Source: Ptychomitrium polyphyllum | Taxonomy: Eukaryota | Assembly (NCBI GenBank): GCA_973851085.1 | Contig: OZ316775.1 | Span: 12,400,001 to 12,464,000 of the forward strand | DNA: 64,000 nt | Direction: 5' to 3' | In this document: piece after piece, positions 12,401 through 25,100 of the stretch | Position numbering within the stretch: position 1 is the first letter of the stretch | Layout of the letters: every line of letters starts with the position of its first letter | The notes under the pieces: generated by a model | Seen by the model: the letters and a program-made list of their open reading frames with translations, nothing else | Database searches by the model: none | What the model was told of the DNA's origin: nothing | Translations under genes and position numbers: made by a program

Positions 12401-15400
12401 ACAGATGAAGAACCTGGAATATCGATTCTTGCATGAACTCCATCTGGGCAATCAGGTTCATGGGACCCTGAGTTGAATTGGATCCAGCTTCTCCTGATAA
12501 GGCCGTTGCAGAACCTGTAGCAGGATTTAGCCGTATTTGTAAGGACGTAGGCAAAGGCGCGCTTGCCACGCCCCCATTCTTGTTCTTACTCTTCCTTCCT
12601 TTTACGGCAGCAGATGCCGGAGAAAGCACTCCAGCAACACCATTACCTGCTTGACGGTCTAGTTTGAGTGCCATGCTTTTAAGTTGATCTTGCAGATCAT
12701 CAGGAACAGGCCGTTCTTTGTCCTCAATAAGATCACTATCTTGAGCCTCGTCACTTGTACCGCGTCCATGCCAATCAATGACATTAGACCCACAGTCGCT
12801 CTCGGTCGTAATCTCTTTCTCAAGGCATTCTGTGGCCGTCCTACCTTGTCCCTCAGAAGAGTCAAAGAGAGGAGGAACGGAAAAATCACTGGCATCCCTC
12901 CGATCAGGAGTCAAATCTTCCGAGGGCCACGTAACTCTATCCTTACAAGCCGTCACGTTTCGTACCCTCGCCTCGTCTTGCCAATCTGAAACATCCATAA
13001 GGTCAAGTCCAGGATCTTGAGGTAGGGCGTCATCCCGTTTAGAGCCAGCTGCCATGGACATGATATCAGAAGGGCTCAATAGTTGTAGACCCATATGGTG
13101 CGTAGTTACTGGATTTCCAGTACCACTGCTAGAAATCCCGTCTTTGTCCTCTTGATCACCTGATTCATACTCAATGGAGTTACTGCTGAAGGATGATTGA
13201 GTTGCATCAGCACTAGCTTCAGTATCCAGCAATATTTCCTTTGTTTCTTCCATTTTCTCCGCCTTATGCCTTGAGAGACTAGAGGAAACGGGAGCATACT
13301 GCATGTCTGCTTTTGCTGGACTTCTTGACCGCAAACTGCGTCTCCTCGGAGGTGGTGTTGGTGGCTTTGATAGATTCGAAGGTGTTAGGGCCTCTCTTGT
13401 GGAGTCAGGCCGAGTAGTTAAACGATTCCCTGATTGTCCCCCAGTTTCGAGCATTGAATGTGCTCCTGGACTGCTTGGCTTCCCTGCTCCGACATCTTTG
13501 GAATCTCTTAATAAAGTTAACTTGCTGGCGTCAAAAGCTTTAACATCTGAAGCACTCACTTGCACTTGGCCAGAATATCCCAATTCGATCAGATTTCCAA
13601 GAGCTGTAGGCCGAGGTGGAATACCAGAGTTTGGATTCATCGAAGGTACAGTGCTGCCCAGTCCCATCGTTGTAGGATTGACCATCGGCCTCGGATGAGC
13701 TTTATCAGAGGCCGGGAAAGATGATGACACCGGCGTCGGTGCTGCTGGCATCATTGCCAAACTTTTTTTTGGTGTGTTGGGAGTGGACCCATCCGTGGTA
13801 AGGCCGTCTGTCAGATTGGGCAAGCACTGTGACATTTCAACAGTATACTGCTGAATCGCGAGTGTCTGCAGACAGAAAATCTTAAGAATGCCATCACCAC
13901 TTCCACTGACCTCATCGTCAGCAACCGTCAAACTCAGAATAGGCATTGCCACAGTAAATTCAGTAAGGTAGTCGATCCGAGGACCACCAGAAGGCGACGC
14001 AAAGTCAACGTGGACCACGTATATTGCGTTCCTTTTCGCATTCGCCAGAAGAATTAGATTTGCGCGCGAGGACACGACGACCTGATTAAAAAACCCCACA
14101 TCTGTCTTGCTATTGCTCTGAAACTCGAGTGTCTGAATGCACCGCCAAGCTCCTTGGCCAGATTGAGTAGACTGATCATCAGCCGCCCACAGTTTTAATT
14201 CTCGATTAAAAGGTCCCTGCATTAAAGCCACAAAATTATTGATAGTTCTTAAAAAATCCGTTTCCAACCATGATTCCTAACTGAAGTTTCCACATTAGGG
14301 ATATAGTCTTCAGAGAGACTTCTTGTTTGCACGTTTTCGAGCCGATTCACTTGTCAAGCTAGCAACACTATTCTGCAGTTGGGTTGGCATTCATAAGAGA
14401 TCATAGAAAGGTGCACAGACGAAAACAGCCAACCTTAAGCAGTTATAGCATTAAAAGAGTTGAATCGTATAGAACTAGGGATTTTAATTCCACCTCTATT
14501 ACATAACTCTTACAAAACAAGTCTAAAAAGATGGCCTGTAATTCGACATCCGTTTGCAACTCATAATTTTGCAGTGAAGACCACACAAACATACCCAGGT
14601 TTCTAACATTGATACACATCAACCAAAATAACATGACGATAGAGAACAGTGATAAGAGAATATGAAAACAAGCCCATACGAATTCGTCCATGAAGGAACA
14701 TCTTATCTTTCTGAAGATTGATGTTCAACAGCGTCAAAATCCTATCATGCGAATCAAAAATAAGTTCTGATATTTTGAGGTACCCCGGTAAGTAGCACGT
14801 GTCCATCTGTGCCCCGCGGTGACGGTAAAAAAGCAACTGCATCCACAAAATTTCCTCCGTATGGAACGACCACAGATGCTGGCTTCCTGTCTCCCCATAA
14901 TCGGACCTGCGATACACAACAAAGATAAATGAAAGTAAACAACTTGCTGACTGTCGCATATCCTTACGAAAAAGCGACACAATCTTTCTATTTCTTCCGG
15001 AAATAGATTTCCCCAGCAAAAACGCTTGCAGGTTCTTCTTAACCTGCACTTCAATGCAGACAATCAAACAGTGCACAATCACTTCTTCTCGAAATAGCCT
15101 CTAAAATGTGGAGAGAATTGACCCTCTTCAAGAAAGCTCACCAAGCCCTGCGAGCTTGTGAAAATTACTGCAATTTGGAGATGTATTGTTAAAGCAGGAA
15201 AGTATCTGTACTATACTTGCAGAGGGCATAGCTGGTTTCTTCATGAAGATTACTTCGAGCAGCTAAAGACATGGACTAAGCTACTTCTAACCGGCAACAG
15301 AAATTGCATAAACTGGAGTTCCAAACGGTTGATCATGCTATCCATGTATCCAATTCACATATGAAGATTACGGGCTGTTCACGTACTGAGTCATGGATCT

Positions 15401-17948
15401 TCGAAACCGAGACTTGAGAGACTAAGAAACTGCCATACAAGGGTTTAAATCTCCAACTTAATGCGTAGATCTTTATCCGCCGAAACATCAAATACTGCTC
15501 TTCTGTCATAGAGGCTTTCGTAAACGCCGACCTTTTAGTTAAACAGAACTAGCCATTAAATACTGATTACAAAGCCAAACATCTGAGCGCCTCGAGGATT
15601 AATTATCGAGACTCACTGTTCCATCTTTGGAGGCCGTTGCCAGACTGGTAGCTCCCGATGCACGGCTTGCCAGTTCGGTAATATCATCATCGTGCTGCCC
15701 AATCACATGTACTCCTCTTATAGGGCTTTCCATACGACACTCCACAGGTACATCCACATTGAATCCCCCTGGTGCAGCCACGTGAGCTACGTCTATAACG
15801 ACTACGAACTTGCCGATAGCAACCACCAAAAGCTCCTGCACAACAGTCCAATCCTAGCTGGTGAGCTTTAGTTAAATTCCACGACACTGACCAAACTGAA
15901 GTAGCCAAGCAAAGAGATGACCAGCTAAACATTCATTAACATAACATGTATACACCAACAAACGCCAATGTCATGACCAAGTAGAAATTTTCGACTGCTA
16001 GATGATCCAGCAGTAGGTTAAGGGATTTCACAGCATCAATGATATCATGAACACAAACTAAGGTTATAGTGCTTCTAAAATATCACAGGTTCCACATAGT
16101 CGTGTGCTTTCCACACAGTGGACGTGTGTGCTCATCATTTGGAGAACATGGGCATATCTACAAGTGTGCATGTCAGAGTGCCATGTAAGACAGACCTGTT
16201 TCTGAGAGTGCCAGCAAAGGCGAGGATGACATTTCTCCCAATTACCAAGAAATTGCAGAGCTAGAAGAATCTGTTCTGTCAGTTTCCCATCCTCCCCATG
16301 GTTCTCTACAATCTTGCGAATAAAAATTCTTCCATCTTGGCTAGCACTGCAAGAGCGTCACACTGGTATGTTACCAACCTGGATGATAGCATGAAGATAC
16401 AGAGAGTTGTGTTCAATCACAGATAAACCTACATAGACGCACATATGGTAAATAGCGATGTTGTGACCAGGAAAACGCATAACTTCTCCCTTTTCACCCT
16501 GATGACAGAAAGCATAATATTTATCTCCATGTGTACGAAATATTTTCAAGCCCTTCCTCAAACAAGGTTAAACCGAACACGTTTCCCCAAAACTGGTTCA
16601 GGTTCATAGAAAGTCGGATACAAAGAAACACTCGTGTACTGTAGTTATTGGTGACAGAATCTAATATGACACTCTGCTGCAGTGAAAAGGGCCTACCTCG
16701 CAAGAATGGGAACGTCTTCTGAAAAAAATGCCATGTCGGTCACCCGCTGTCACAGCAAAGAAAACAATATACATACACATGTGTGTGTGTTTTAAGCTCT
16801 AACTGAGGAAATCAACAAATAATGTGACACTGCAGTCACTAGGCAAGGTGAAAAGAGATAACTCTTGAGCTCGTTGCCAACGAGCTAGTCGTCTCAGAAT
16901 AACAAAATCAAATGTAGCTTCTGACCTGCGTATGGCCGCGAAGCAAGACCCGCTGTGAATTGGTGATGTTGAGGATACGAATCTGGCCACCCCGCAATCC
17001 GTAGCAGACGAACTTCTTGTACACAGCGATTTGCCTTCCCAACGCTAAGGTTGTTTCCGAACTATAAACAGTGATTGGGCTGACTTCTAATTGAGCTTGA
17101 ACATCCCCAGCTTTACGAGCATCCACATCATAAATAACATGATCTCCTCTAAGGTATCGTCCTCTCGGAATTTTAGGAGCTTGCCTACCTTGAACAGAGT
17201 GTACCAAGCTGACAAGTGGTGCAGTAGAAAATGCTGGAGACATGGGCTGTGGAGTACCAGGCATTTCTGTGCCAATGCCATGAGAAGCGTCTATTTGTCT
17301 GCTGAAAGGAAAGGGTGGAGGTCTGGGAGAACTTTGTGGTGCTCCAGGAATACAGAGCGTTTCCTCATAAACTTCTGTACCTTCCGATTCAGACTGTGTG
17401 GTCAAGAGAGCCATGAGACGAGCTCCATCTAGCGGCTGACTTGAGGTTGGGTTAAACCTGTCGGCCCCCTGAGGTGACGACGTAGGTAGAGAAGACATCG
17501 GCTGAGACGATCTGGTTTGAGAAAATATTGGTGGAGGCGGCGATAATGATGACACTGGAATACGAGATTGGTTAGAGTGGGAGGGGGAAGAAGGGGGTTG
17601 AGACGATTGTTGACTGAACTGAGTAGCCAAATGTGGATCTTGACGAGGGCTGTGATCTTGATTATAATGCCCATACTGAGGTCCATGATATATTGGAGAT
17701 CCTGCCTGCTGAATTTGTGTGGTGTTATAGGCATAATTCAAACCTGGACTACCAGGATACATACTATTTGGCGAAAAGTTGCCGGGAGGAATACTTCCAG
17801 GCGGATAGGAGTGCAAAGGCTGGTGATGATACGAGCTACCAGGAGACGAGGGTTGACAGCCAGATGTTTGAGACGAATAGGGACCTTGAGGTGACCCCCT
17901 AAAAAACTTGTGAGGATCGTATACTCCTGGAGGACCCGGAGATCCCAT
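9480..17948 (-). CDS. VCS: VARICOSE / enhancer of mRNA decapping 4 (EDC4/Ge-1) homologue, 13 coding exons, about 1536 aa. Exons: 17948-16926, 16746-16697, 16346-16196, 15835-15617, 14906-14784, 14216-12414, 11964-11880, 11708-11434, 11210-11091, 10840-10670, 10444-10304, 10106-9963, 9785-9480
   Basis: P/Q/S-rich N-terminus and a WD40 region (QLEVSPITVYSSE...LGRQIAV...CYGLRGGQIRILNI...LLRGHTQRVTDMAFFSED, LLANAKRNAIYVVH, IDYLTEFTVAMPILS). These are followed by a low-complexity linker and a helical C-terminal domain (FQTSGKQALQ, IPAFERSC, EEAFNKALTAGDLQIVFWLCNQ, SQGVLLSLVQQL). All junctions are GT-AG and the spliced frame (4611 nt) is open. Confidence 0.93.
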
Positions 17949-20250
17949 GATGTTCTGGTCTTGTCGAAACCTTAAAACATCTGCATTCGTAAATACTTAA
18001 ATGATTAAGTTCATTGCCCCTTAGACTACAATTACTAGTCTACAAGCTCATATGGAATCCTTGCTTGAAATTTAGAGATACAATTTACCCAAGGTACGGT
18101 AAATACTGACTATGAAGCGTTGAACGCACCTTCGTACTTGTGTTCAATCCAACAGCGTACGTCCGCTGCAAACTCTTCCTCCTACAGAAGCAATATCCCA
18201 CGCAGACTACCACATAGCGAAGCAGATTATGAGTTGTCCCGTTTCACATAGGAGACTACTAGCTCAGATGAGCCGCTCCTGTCTCGTCAATGTCATTCTT
18301 TAAGGATCTCGCATTTTGAAGTCTTTCGAACCACGTACAGCTTAGCAACAAAAGCAGCAGCTGAATTTACAGCGGCATATGGTGGCAAAGTATCACACCT
18401 ACAAACAAAATTTCCAAACACCGACGGGGACATGATTCTGTTATTGCACCTCTTAGCGTTGGATACGGAAAAAAGAAATGAAGGGAATGTTCAGTGCTTG
18501 TTGAAACTGCCAAAATTTAGGATAAACAGACCGAACAAAAGAAGCTCACACGAATTGCTTCCAGCACATCAAATTGACCGAGTCAAACCATCTCCACAAT
18601 AAAGCCAAGAGATATGTGTGTATTCACCTCTAAATTCGTCCACAAAATGTTGGAAGCTAACATACCGTAATCACCAGACCAAGGAACATGAAGGGGCTTA
18701 CCAAACATTGATGAGACTATAGTAGGCGACATCTTTCGCCCTTTCTTTTGCATGGTTAAGACGCAATATAGCCAAGAATTTATAGAGAAAAAGTTTCGCC
18801 GCACCTTGCATTTTGCATCACTCTCTCATCGTCTATATTTTATTGTACAGCTACCTGAAGAACCGTTACAGAGTAACCTAAAGCCATAGTGCATATTGAG
18901 AATAGCTTTCAAGACATGGAGCCCGGTAGATCGCATCATGTCACTCGTCGCTCGATAATTAGGATAACTTCAGAAGGATAATTTGTCTCAAACATTTAGG
19001 ACGAAATAAAAGTAAACAATTGAGCTTAGGACCATACTGTATGTATTTCCGAAAGGAATAGCAAGCAGTCGGAATTGCGAAGTCGCAAAGCAAAAAGATG
19101 CTCCATCCGCTTCATGTGAAACCAAAGTCGTATACAAGTATGTACCGACTTCACTTAGGCCTGAACTAAGACGAAGTCAAGACAAAGTGCAATTAAGTCT
19201 CTGAGCCTGAGTGTGTGAACGAGAAGGTAATTACACATTGCAATTTGAAAAGATTAAGAGTATTTCAGACACACTTCGATTTTCTTTTCCCTGTACTTAC
19301 AGATATCACTACTACAACCTCGTACAACTAATCCGTGTTCCTCTCCTAGACTGTTTCATTTACGCATACCTACATGAAAGCAATTCAGCACCTAAACAGA
19401 TTGTATGAAAAGCACACAGCAAGCTTCTAGTCGTAGCGCCGATTCACTCACCGCAAATTCCACCACGTTCTAGCCAGAAGCACTTGATCGCTCGCCACTT
19501 CTCTCCTTAGATCTAGCTCCACGTCGAAAAAACCGTCTCATAGCCTAAAACAAACTCCTCCAAGAACTAGGACCGATACTGCACCGCCGCACAAACGTCG
19601 ATCACTCCACTTCCTCCAAATTGCATCTCACTTCCACCTCACCAGAACCTACACAAACTCCCGAACGAAGTAAACAAACAAACAAGAATTCTCACAGCAA
19701 CTTAGGCCCTTCATAACTGCACTTACTAAAACGTCTCTCAATGAAAGAACAGAGCGCTCTCAATCCTCCGCAAGACCTAAAGAACGCCGTTCAAGCCTCG
19801 AGCGCATTGACGCACCAGGATCTTGGAATACTAAGGTGCAATAAGGGAATACCTGTAGGTCGAGGTGTTAGAAACTTTCCAAGGCTCCTCCCTAGTGCAC
19901 CGATCGCCACTCCGGACCACATTCAAGCTTCAAATTCCCTTGCGACCACTCCTCAACGGTGAGCAACAGCTGAGGTGAGCCGGCACCAGCGCAAAGATGC
20001 TCTCGCAGCAGCGGAGCCCTCGCCTTGCTGCAATGAAACAAACCTTGTGAAAGAAAGAGTAGCAGCAACAGCCGCACCATCGGCGTTTCACGAGCCCCGG
20101 CAAGCCAGGCGCTACAAATACACTGCGCCCTTTGACTGGTTCAGAGCCTCGATGTTCTTGTACCGGTATCATTCGGTTTTCTCTCCAGCAGAATCACTAT
20201 GATCGTCCATTTCGTTATGTGTACCAACTCGTAAATAGTAAAAGCCGACT
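17949..20250 (-). promoter_or_regulatory. Probable 5' leader and promoter of VCS with at least one 5'-UTR intron
   Basis: Acceptor tgcag| just upstream of the ATG (exon starts ~17980) and a donor GTGAGT at 19451. CpG-rich sequence up to ~20400 gives way abruptly to AT-rich DNA. The TSS was not determined. Confidence 0.5.
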
Positions 20251-21874
20251 CTCTGCCAGCGCTGTAGTACCTCTTCAGTTTCACTGCAATTTGAATACGG
20301 GTGTTCAATCTTCACATCCTCTAGACTCTACACCGCCCCTAGGTTCTACATATTAGTGTAGTGCGGATACATATTAGTGTAGTGCAGAGCAATGTAACAC
20401 GTGTACATGTACGTTGTGTAGATGATTTTATATATGCATGTAACATTCTTTAACCATATGAGCTTGTACTACTTTTATAATATTATAGATAATGTTAGCA
20501 AAGTTTAGTACACTGAGACAAATTTATGTTATTTTAATATTGCTCATTATGATACATTCATGAGGATGCAAAATTGTGCAACTAGAAATTATTGTAATTA
20601 TATTTTAGTTCTTCTTCATTTTTTTTAATTTTATATTTTAAATATTCTACGCTATAATATGTTATATTCTTAAAATTTGTACTAAAAATGCTAATATTTT
20701 AGACATTTTTTGACCAACATTGAATTCATTTAGTGTTATATTAGTTTTCTTCTAAACTCCAATCAATGGTTATATAACATAGTTTAGATTCTTTCATATA
20801 ACTAATCATGCTTTTATTTCGAGTTGGTAATAAAGTGTGGTGTCCATATTAGAAAAAAGCATTAATTTTATTTTTTTTAAATGGAATAATTCCTCTCTAG
20901 TTTATTTCAATGTCGTTCAATTGATTACTATTTATGAGGGGTATTAGTTTTCAATTCCTATTGGTTTTAAATGGTACTTTTGATTAAATATTTTTTAATA
21001 AAGTAATTTTAAAAAATTATAATGATGATTTTATGTACATACATATAATAAAATAAGAATGTTAAATGCATAGTATTAAATTCATTATTTAACTAATGAA
21101 CCACATTTTACACTATGTTCTACATATACTATGATATGCATCACATTCATTACATGCCATATCATATATTTTAAACAACCATTTTTTCATGAATCATATA
21201 AGTTCTTGTTTGTATATTCATAGTACAATTATTATAAATTTTAACGTTTTTCCTTCTGAATGAATCACCTTATTTTACTATGCATTTTGATACATCATAT
21301 CTACTTCTCAACTACTCCATTGTGTCAATGGTTTATTATTGAAACTTTTTGTATACACTCAAAGGACACTCAAATACTACTTTATAGTTTGACTGTTACA
21401 CTCAAACACTACTTTATAGTTCAAATGTTACAATAAATGAAAGAGAGAATTTGATTTGTTTAACAACTCTCAGTTCTTATAAGACTTTGAATAAATGACT
21501 GCATAAAAAATAAGTGTGAAAATCAAATAACTTTATCAACATATGAAATATTCTATAAACATTTTAAATCTCAAAAACAATTAATAATTTATCTTTGAAA
21601 GGTAGAAAACATCTATTAAAGATTTGACTTTTAGACCTCCAAATTAAACAAGACAAAAAGAAAATATTTCAAAAATAAAAGTTTTCATCTACTAATAAAG
21701 TATTATGTCAAAAATTAGTAAAATAGTAACAAATACAAATAAGCCCGGCAATAAAATTTGAAGGGTTCTCAAATATCCAACATTGAATTTTTTATATTCT
21801 TGGATCTGAGAAGCAATTTTCAAATTAAGAAACAAGACTAATGACTAATAATAATAATTCTCCAAGATTTTGTG

Positions 21875-24800
21875 GTACCTGCATGAAAATGTGCAGGAGT
21901 GGCAAGATGACCTGGTCTAAGCCCCAGCACCACAGAGGTGGGAAATAGTCATCAGAGTGCAAGAGTAATGTTCTTGGAGCCAATTGCACATGACTTGGTA
22001 CTTCACATTTTGCAAAATACTCTGCTTTTTAGATTCATTGGGCACTCAACACCCAATCCTCAACCATTGCTTCAGCTTTGGAACAATGACATTGTCATGC
22101 CAGAGTCTAGCAATATTGTTCTGTAAGAGGTGTACTTGTTCAACATTATTATATTTGCCACTGGAATAAGACCTTTTCCACTCTTGCAAATACCTGGCAT
22201 TTTAGTGAAATTTATGGTGCCTGGAATCCTGTTTTACAAATTATGTCAAGAAATTTCAATCTGCTTTTCCCTTGTCTGGCCTCCATGTCAGACCTCCTTG
22301 TCTTATGTGCACTGCACAGGTGGGTCACGGAAAATCAACCAATTGGTCGGTCAACTACCAAAGGACTGAAGGTTAGTTTCAATGTCCATCTATTTCAATC
22401 AGGGTCCAACCTGCATTGAAGCAACAGTGATTGTTCCATTCTTTTATGATTTCTCGTCTGGTGTTTTATATACAGATTTGATTTTCAACCTAGTGGATGG
22501 TCATTCCAATGCAAGGCATATACTTTGTTCAAACTTTGAGGTAATATAGTTTTCATACTGCTGCATACCGGTACTCCATTGTTCTGTACTGTAAATGGAC
22601 TGAGTAATATGCTGTAGCAAAACCTCAAAACCAATTCCTAGCTCATGTGGAATCTCGGGCCAGTGAGAATGAGAAGAACCAGACAGTTGCCAGTCCAGTG
22701 GAGACTTGCTCCAGTATTTCCTCAGAGAGCTTGTGAACGTTTCAGCCAAGTTGAACTGGACACTAATCTCATTTTACCATCATATTCTTCACCTGATGAT
22801 GTCACTCAAACCTGAGACCTGCAGTTGAATATCTTGGATACTCCATTTCTGTCCAAATATAAATATTCATAATAGAATTCATCTTGGGCAAACTCTGTGA
22901 ATGTGATACCATACCAACCCAAAACTGATAAAAATACTGTATTGCAAAGAAAAGAACTTTAGTTAATTTTAATTAAAAGTCGCCTGGTAGTTTCTTTTTA
23001 AATTAATTTAATTATTTTAATGGATTTTTACTCCAAAACGAGAATCATTTGTAGGAAGGTTTTTGATATTTTGGACAAGCTCCTATGATAGGTTTTTTGA
23101 GAGTAAGAAAATGTATTATCTTTGTGCAGATATGATTTTTTTTTATCAGAAACTGGAAAGGCAAGTTATGGTATCCTAAATAGCTTTTTCCACTTGTCCA
23201 TTGATTACAGATTATGTTACAATCCCCAACTACTTCTAAGATTTGGTGCACAAATAACTAAAATGATTTCCTTTGAGATAGTCAGAAATAAATTTCAATA
23301 AAAAAGAAGTCAAACTTTGGTGACAATGTTGGGGCAAAGTGTAAACAATATAGCACCTTCTACCACATTTTTGGCTGTAGAAGTGCAATTACTCTATTGT
23401 TTTAATTTTTAGTTTTTGTTGAATCTTTTTCTTAATTCAAGAAGAAGTACAAATATTTGTGATGATTTACAAGAATTTTAATTTTATTATAAAACGTTGA
23501 ATTTTTAATTAGAGCAAAAGAAAAATTGACAATGGTTTGGACTTGCTTACATTGCAAAAAATTATTGAGCATGTTTCATTTATCTCCTATCTCTCAAGTA
23601 CCTAACATGGTCGTATCTGAAATGTTGAAAAACACAATATGATGTAAATTTTTTAATACAAACATTTACAGGAGATCTTCACTTCTTCAAGTGCTAAAGT
23701 TTGATAACTATTGTTTACACTAGAGTATCTGGCTCAAATGTTCTATCTGGAAGTGATGCAGCATCATCTATCTAAAGAATGTCAATACACTAAAGGAAAG
23801 AATGTCAATACACTTAAGGAAAGAATGTCAATATACTCAAGGAATTTTACAGGTTAAATATAAAATGACATCTTTGTTATTCTGCAGCAATGCATGGCTG
23901 ACTCTGCTGTTAATAGGTCCATTTCTAGGTGTGGGATAGATTTCAAGTAGAGTATCTACTTCTGTGTAGATGGCAAGATTTGCACCGTCCTCAGGAGTGC
24001 AGTCTGATCAAGGCAGTTGCCTAGTGCCTTTACTGGTCTCAACCACCAAATTCTGCCCCAAACACAAGACATGCACGTAAAGGGCATGACTTGGGCACAA
24101 TATACCAAGCCTTTTGGGATTTGGGATGGTTCCCAATTCTCCAAGACACCTTTAGCCAGTTTGGGCAGACTCTTCATGAAACATGACATTGCAATCCAAC
24201 TTGTCTGTATAACTAACACCCTTGCTGTAAAGGGTCCCACAGAGTAAAGCTGGGAGCAGAATCACAACTACCAGCAAGAATTCCCTCAAACTGCACCATC
24301 AAATTCAATTATTATAGGTCCTTTCCAAGGTCCAACAATGGCTAATTTCACAGCTAGATTTTCTTATATTTATTTCATGAGGTTTATGATTTTTTGGAAT
24401 AGCAGCCAATCATGTGACTCTTTTAAGGAATTGCAGAGGAGTTGGTTACTGAAACGGTTCTGCCTACAGTGCACATAAATGAGAACCTCAGAAATGCTGC
24501 TTTCTACATCCAGTAGCACACCATGACAAAGTCAAAAAGTAAGGTCATTTTTCACATACATTAAGCAAGATGGCCAGCCTTGAGACCTTGTCTAGTGAAG
24601 CAATTCTGTTTGTATCCATTTGGTAATTGATTAACAAACCTAACCCTGTAAGCAATGCTGCCTTGTCTTCTGAGGAAGTTTGCATTTGCCATCTCAAGGC
24701 TGGCTGCTCCTCACTTTGGATCCACTAGGTGAGGATTCAAGCATCCTCTCAAATCCTGCACAACATTCTTCAGTAGGTGAAGCAACTCACCATTACATTG

Positions 24801-25100
24801 AAAAGTAGGAAATCAATGATTGATGATTGTGGTGTACAAAGTAGGAAATGTATGAAGATACATGTTTGGTTTGATGACTTGGTGCACAAAGTTTCTTGAA
24901 CCTCAGGGTCAAGGTTTTGAGGACAGAATTACTGCTCTTGGAAATTAAATAATATCTTTGAGGAAGGTTGTTTAGAGGCAAACTGAAGAATGATTTGTAT
25001 AACATCTACAGTTGTTGCAAATGTTTTCATAATGAAAGCCCTGCTCAGTAGATTCTAAAATTCACCCTGCAGTTCCAAGCCCAGTTACAGAATTGGTAAC
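21875..25100 (-). pseudogene. Decayed multi-exon coding sequence of unidentified family
   Basis: GC-richer, CpG-depleted blocks (~21875-22820, 23880-24355, 24400-25010) are separated by AT-rich intron-like gaps. They give protein-like minus-strand fragments broken by stops and frameshifts, for example YLQEWKRSYSSGKYNNVEQVHLLQNNIARLWHDNVIVPKLKQWLRIG, EDKAALLTGLGLLINYQMDTNRIASLDKVSRLAILLNV and WGLDQVILPLLHIFMQ|GT. Confidence 0.4.
23774..23842. repeat. 3 x 23-bp tandem repeat (aaagaatgtcaatacactnaagg)
   Basis: Directly visible three times. Confidence 0.85.

Noticed and set aside
19741..20202. Two in-frame plus-strand ORFs separated by a single TGA (readthrough candidate)
   Set aside because: Antisense to the GC-rich VCS leader with no motifs; likely a chance ORF.
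20347..21420. Small tandem duplications (tacatattagtgtagtgc x2; acactcaaanactactttatagtt x2)
   Set aside because: Ordinary slippage-type duplications, not spacer-containing or CRISPR-like arrays.
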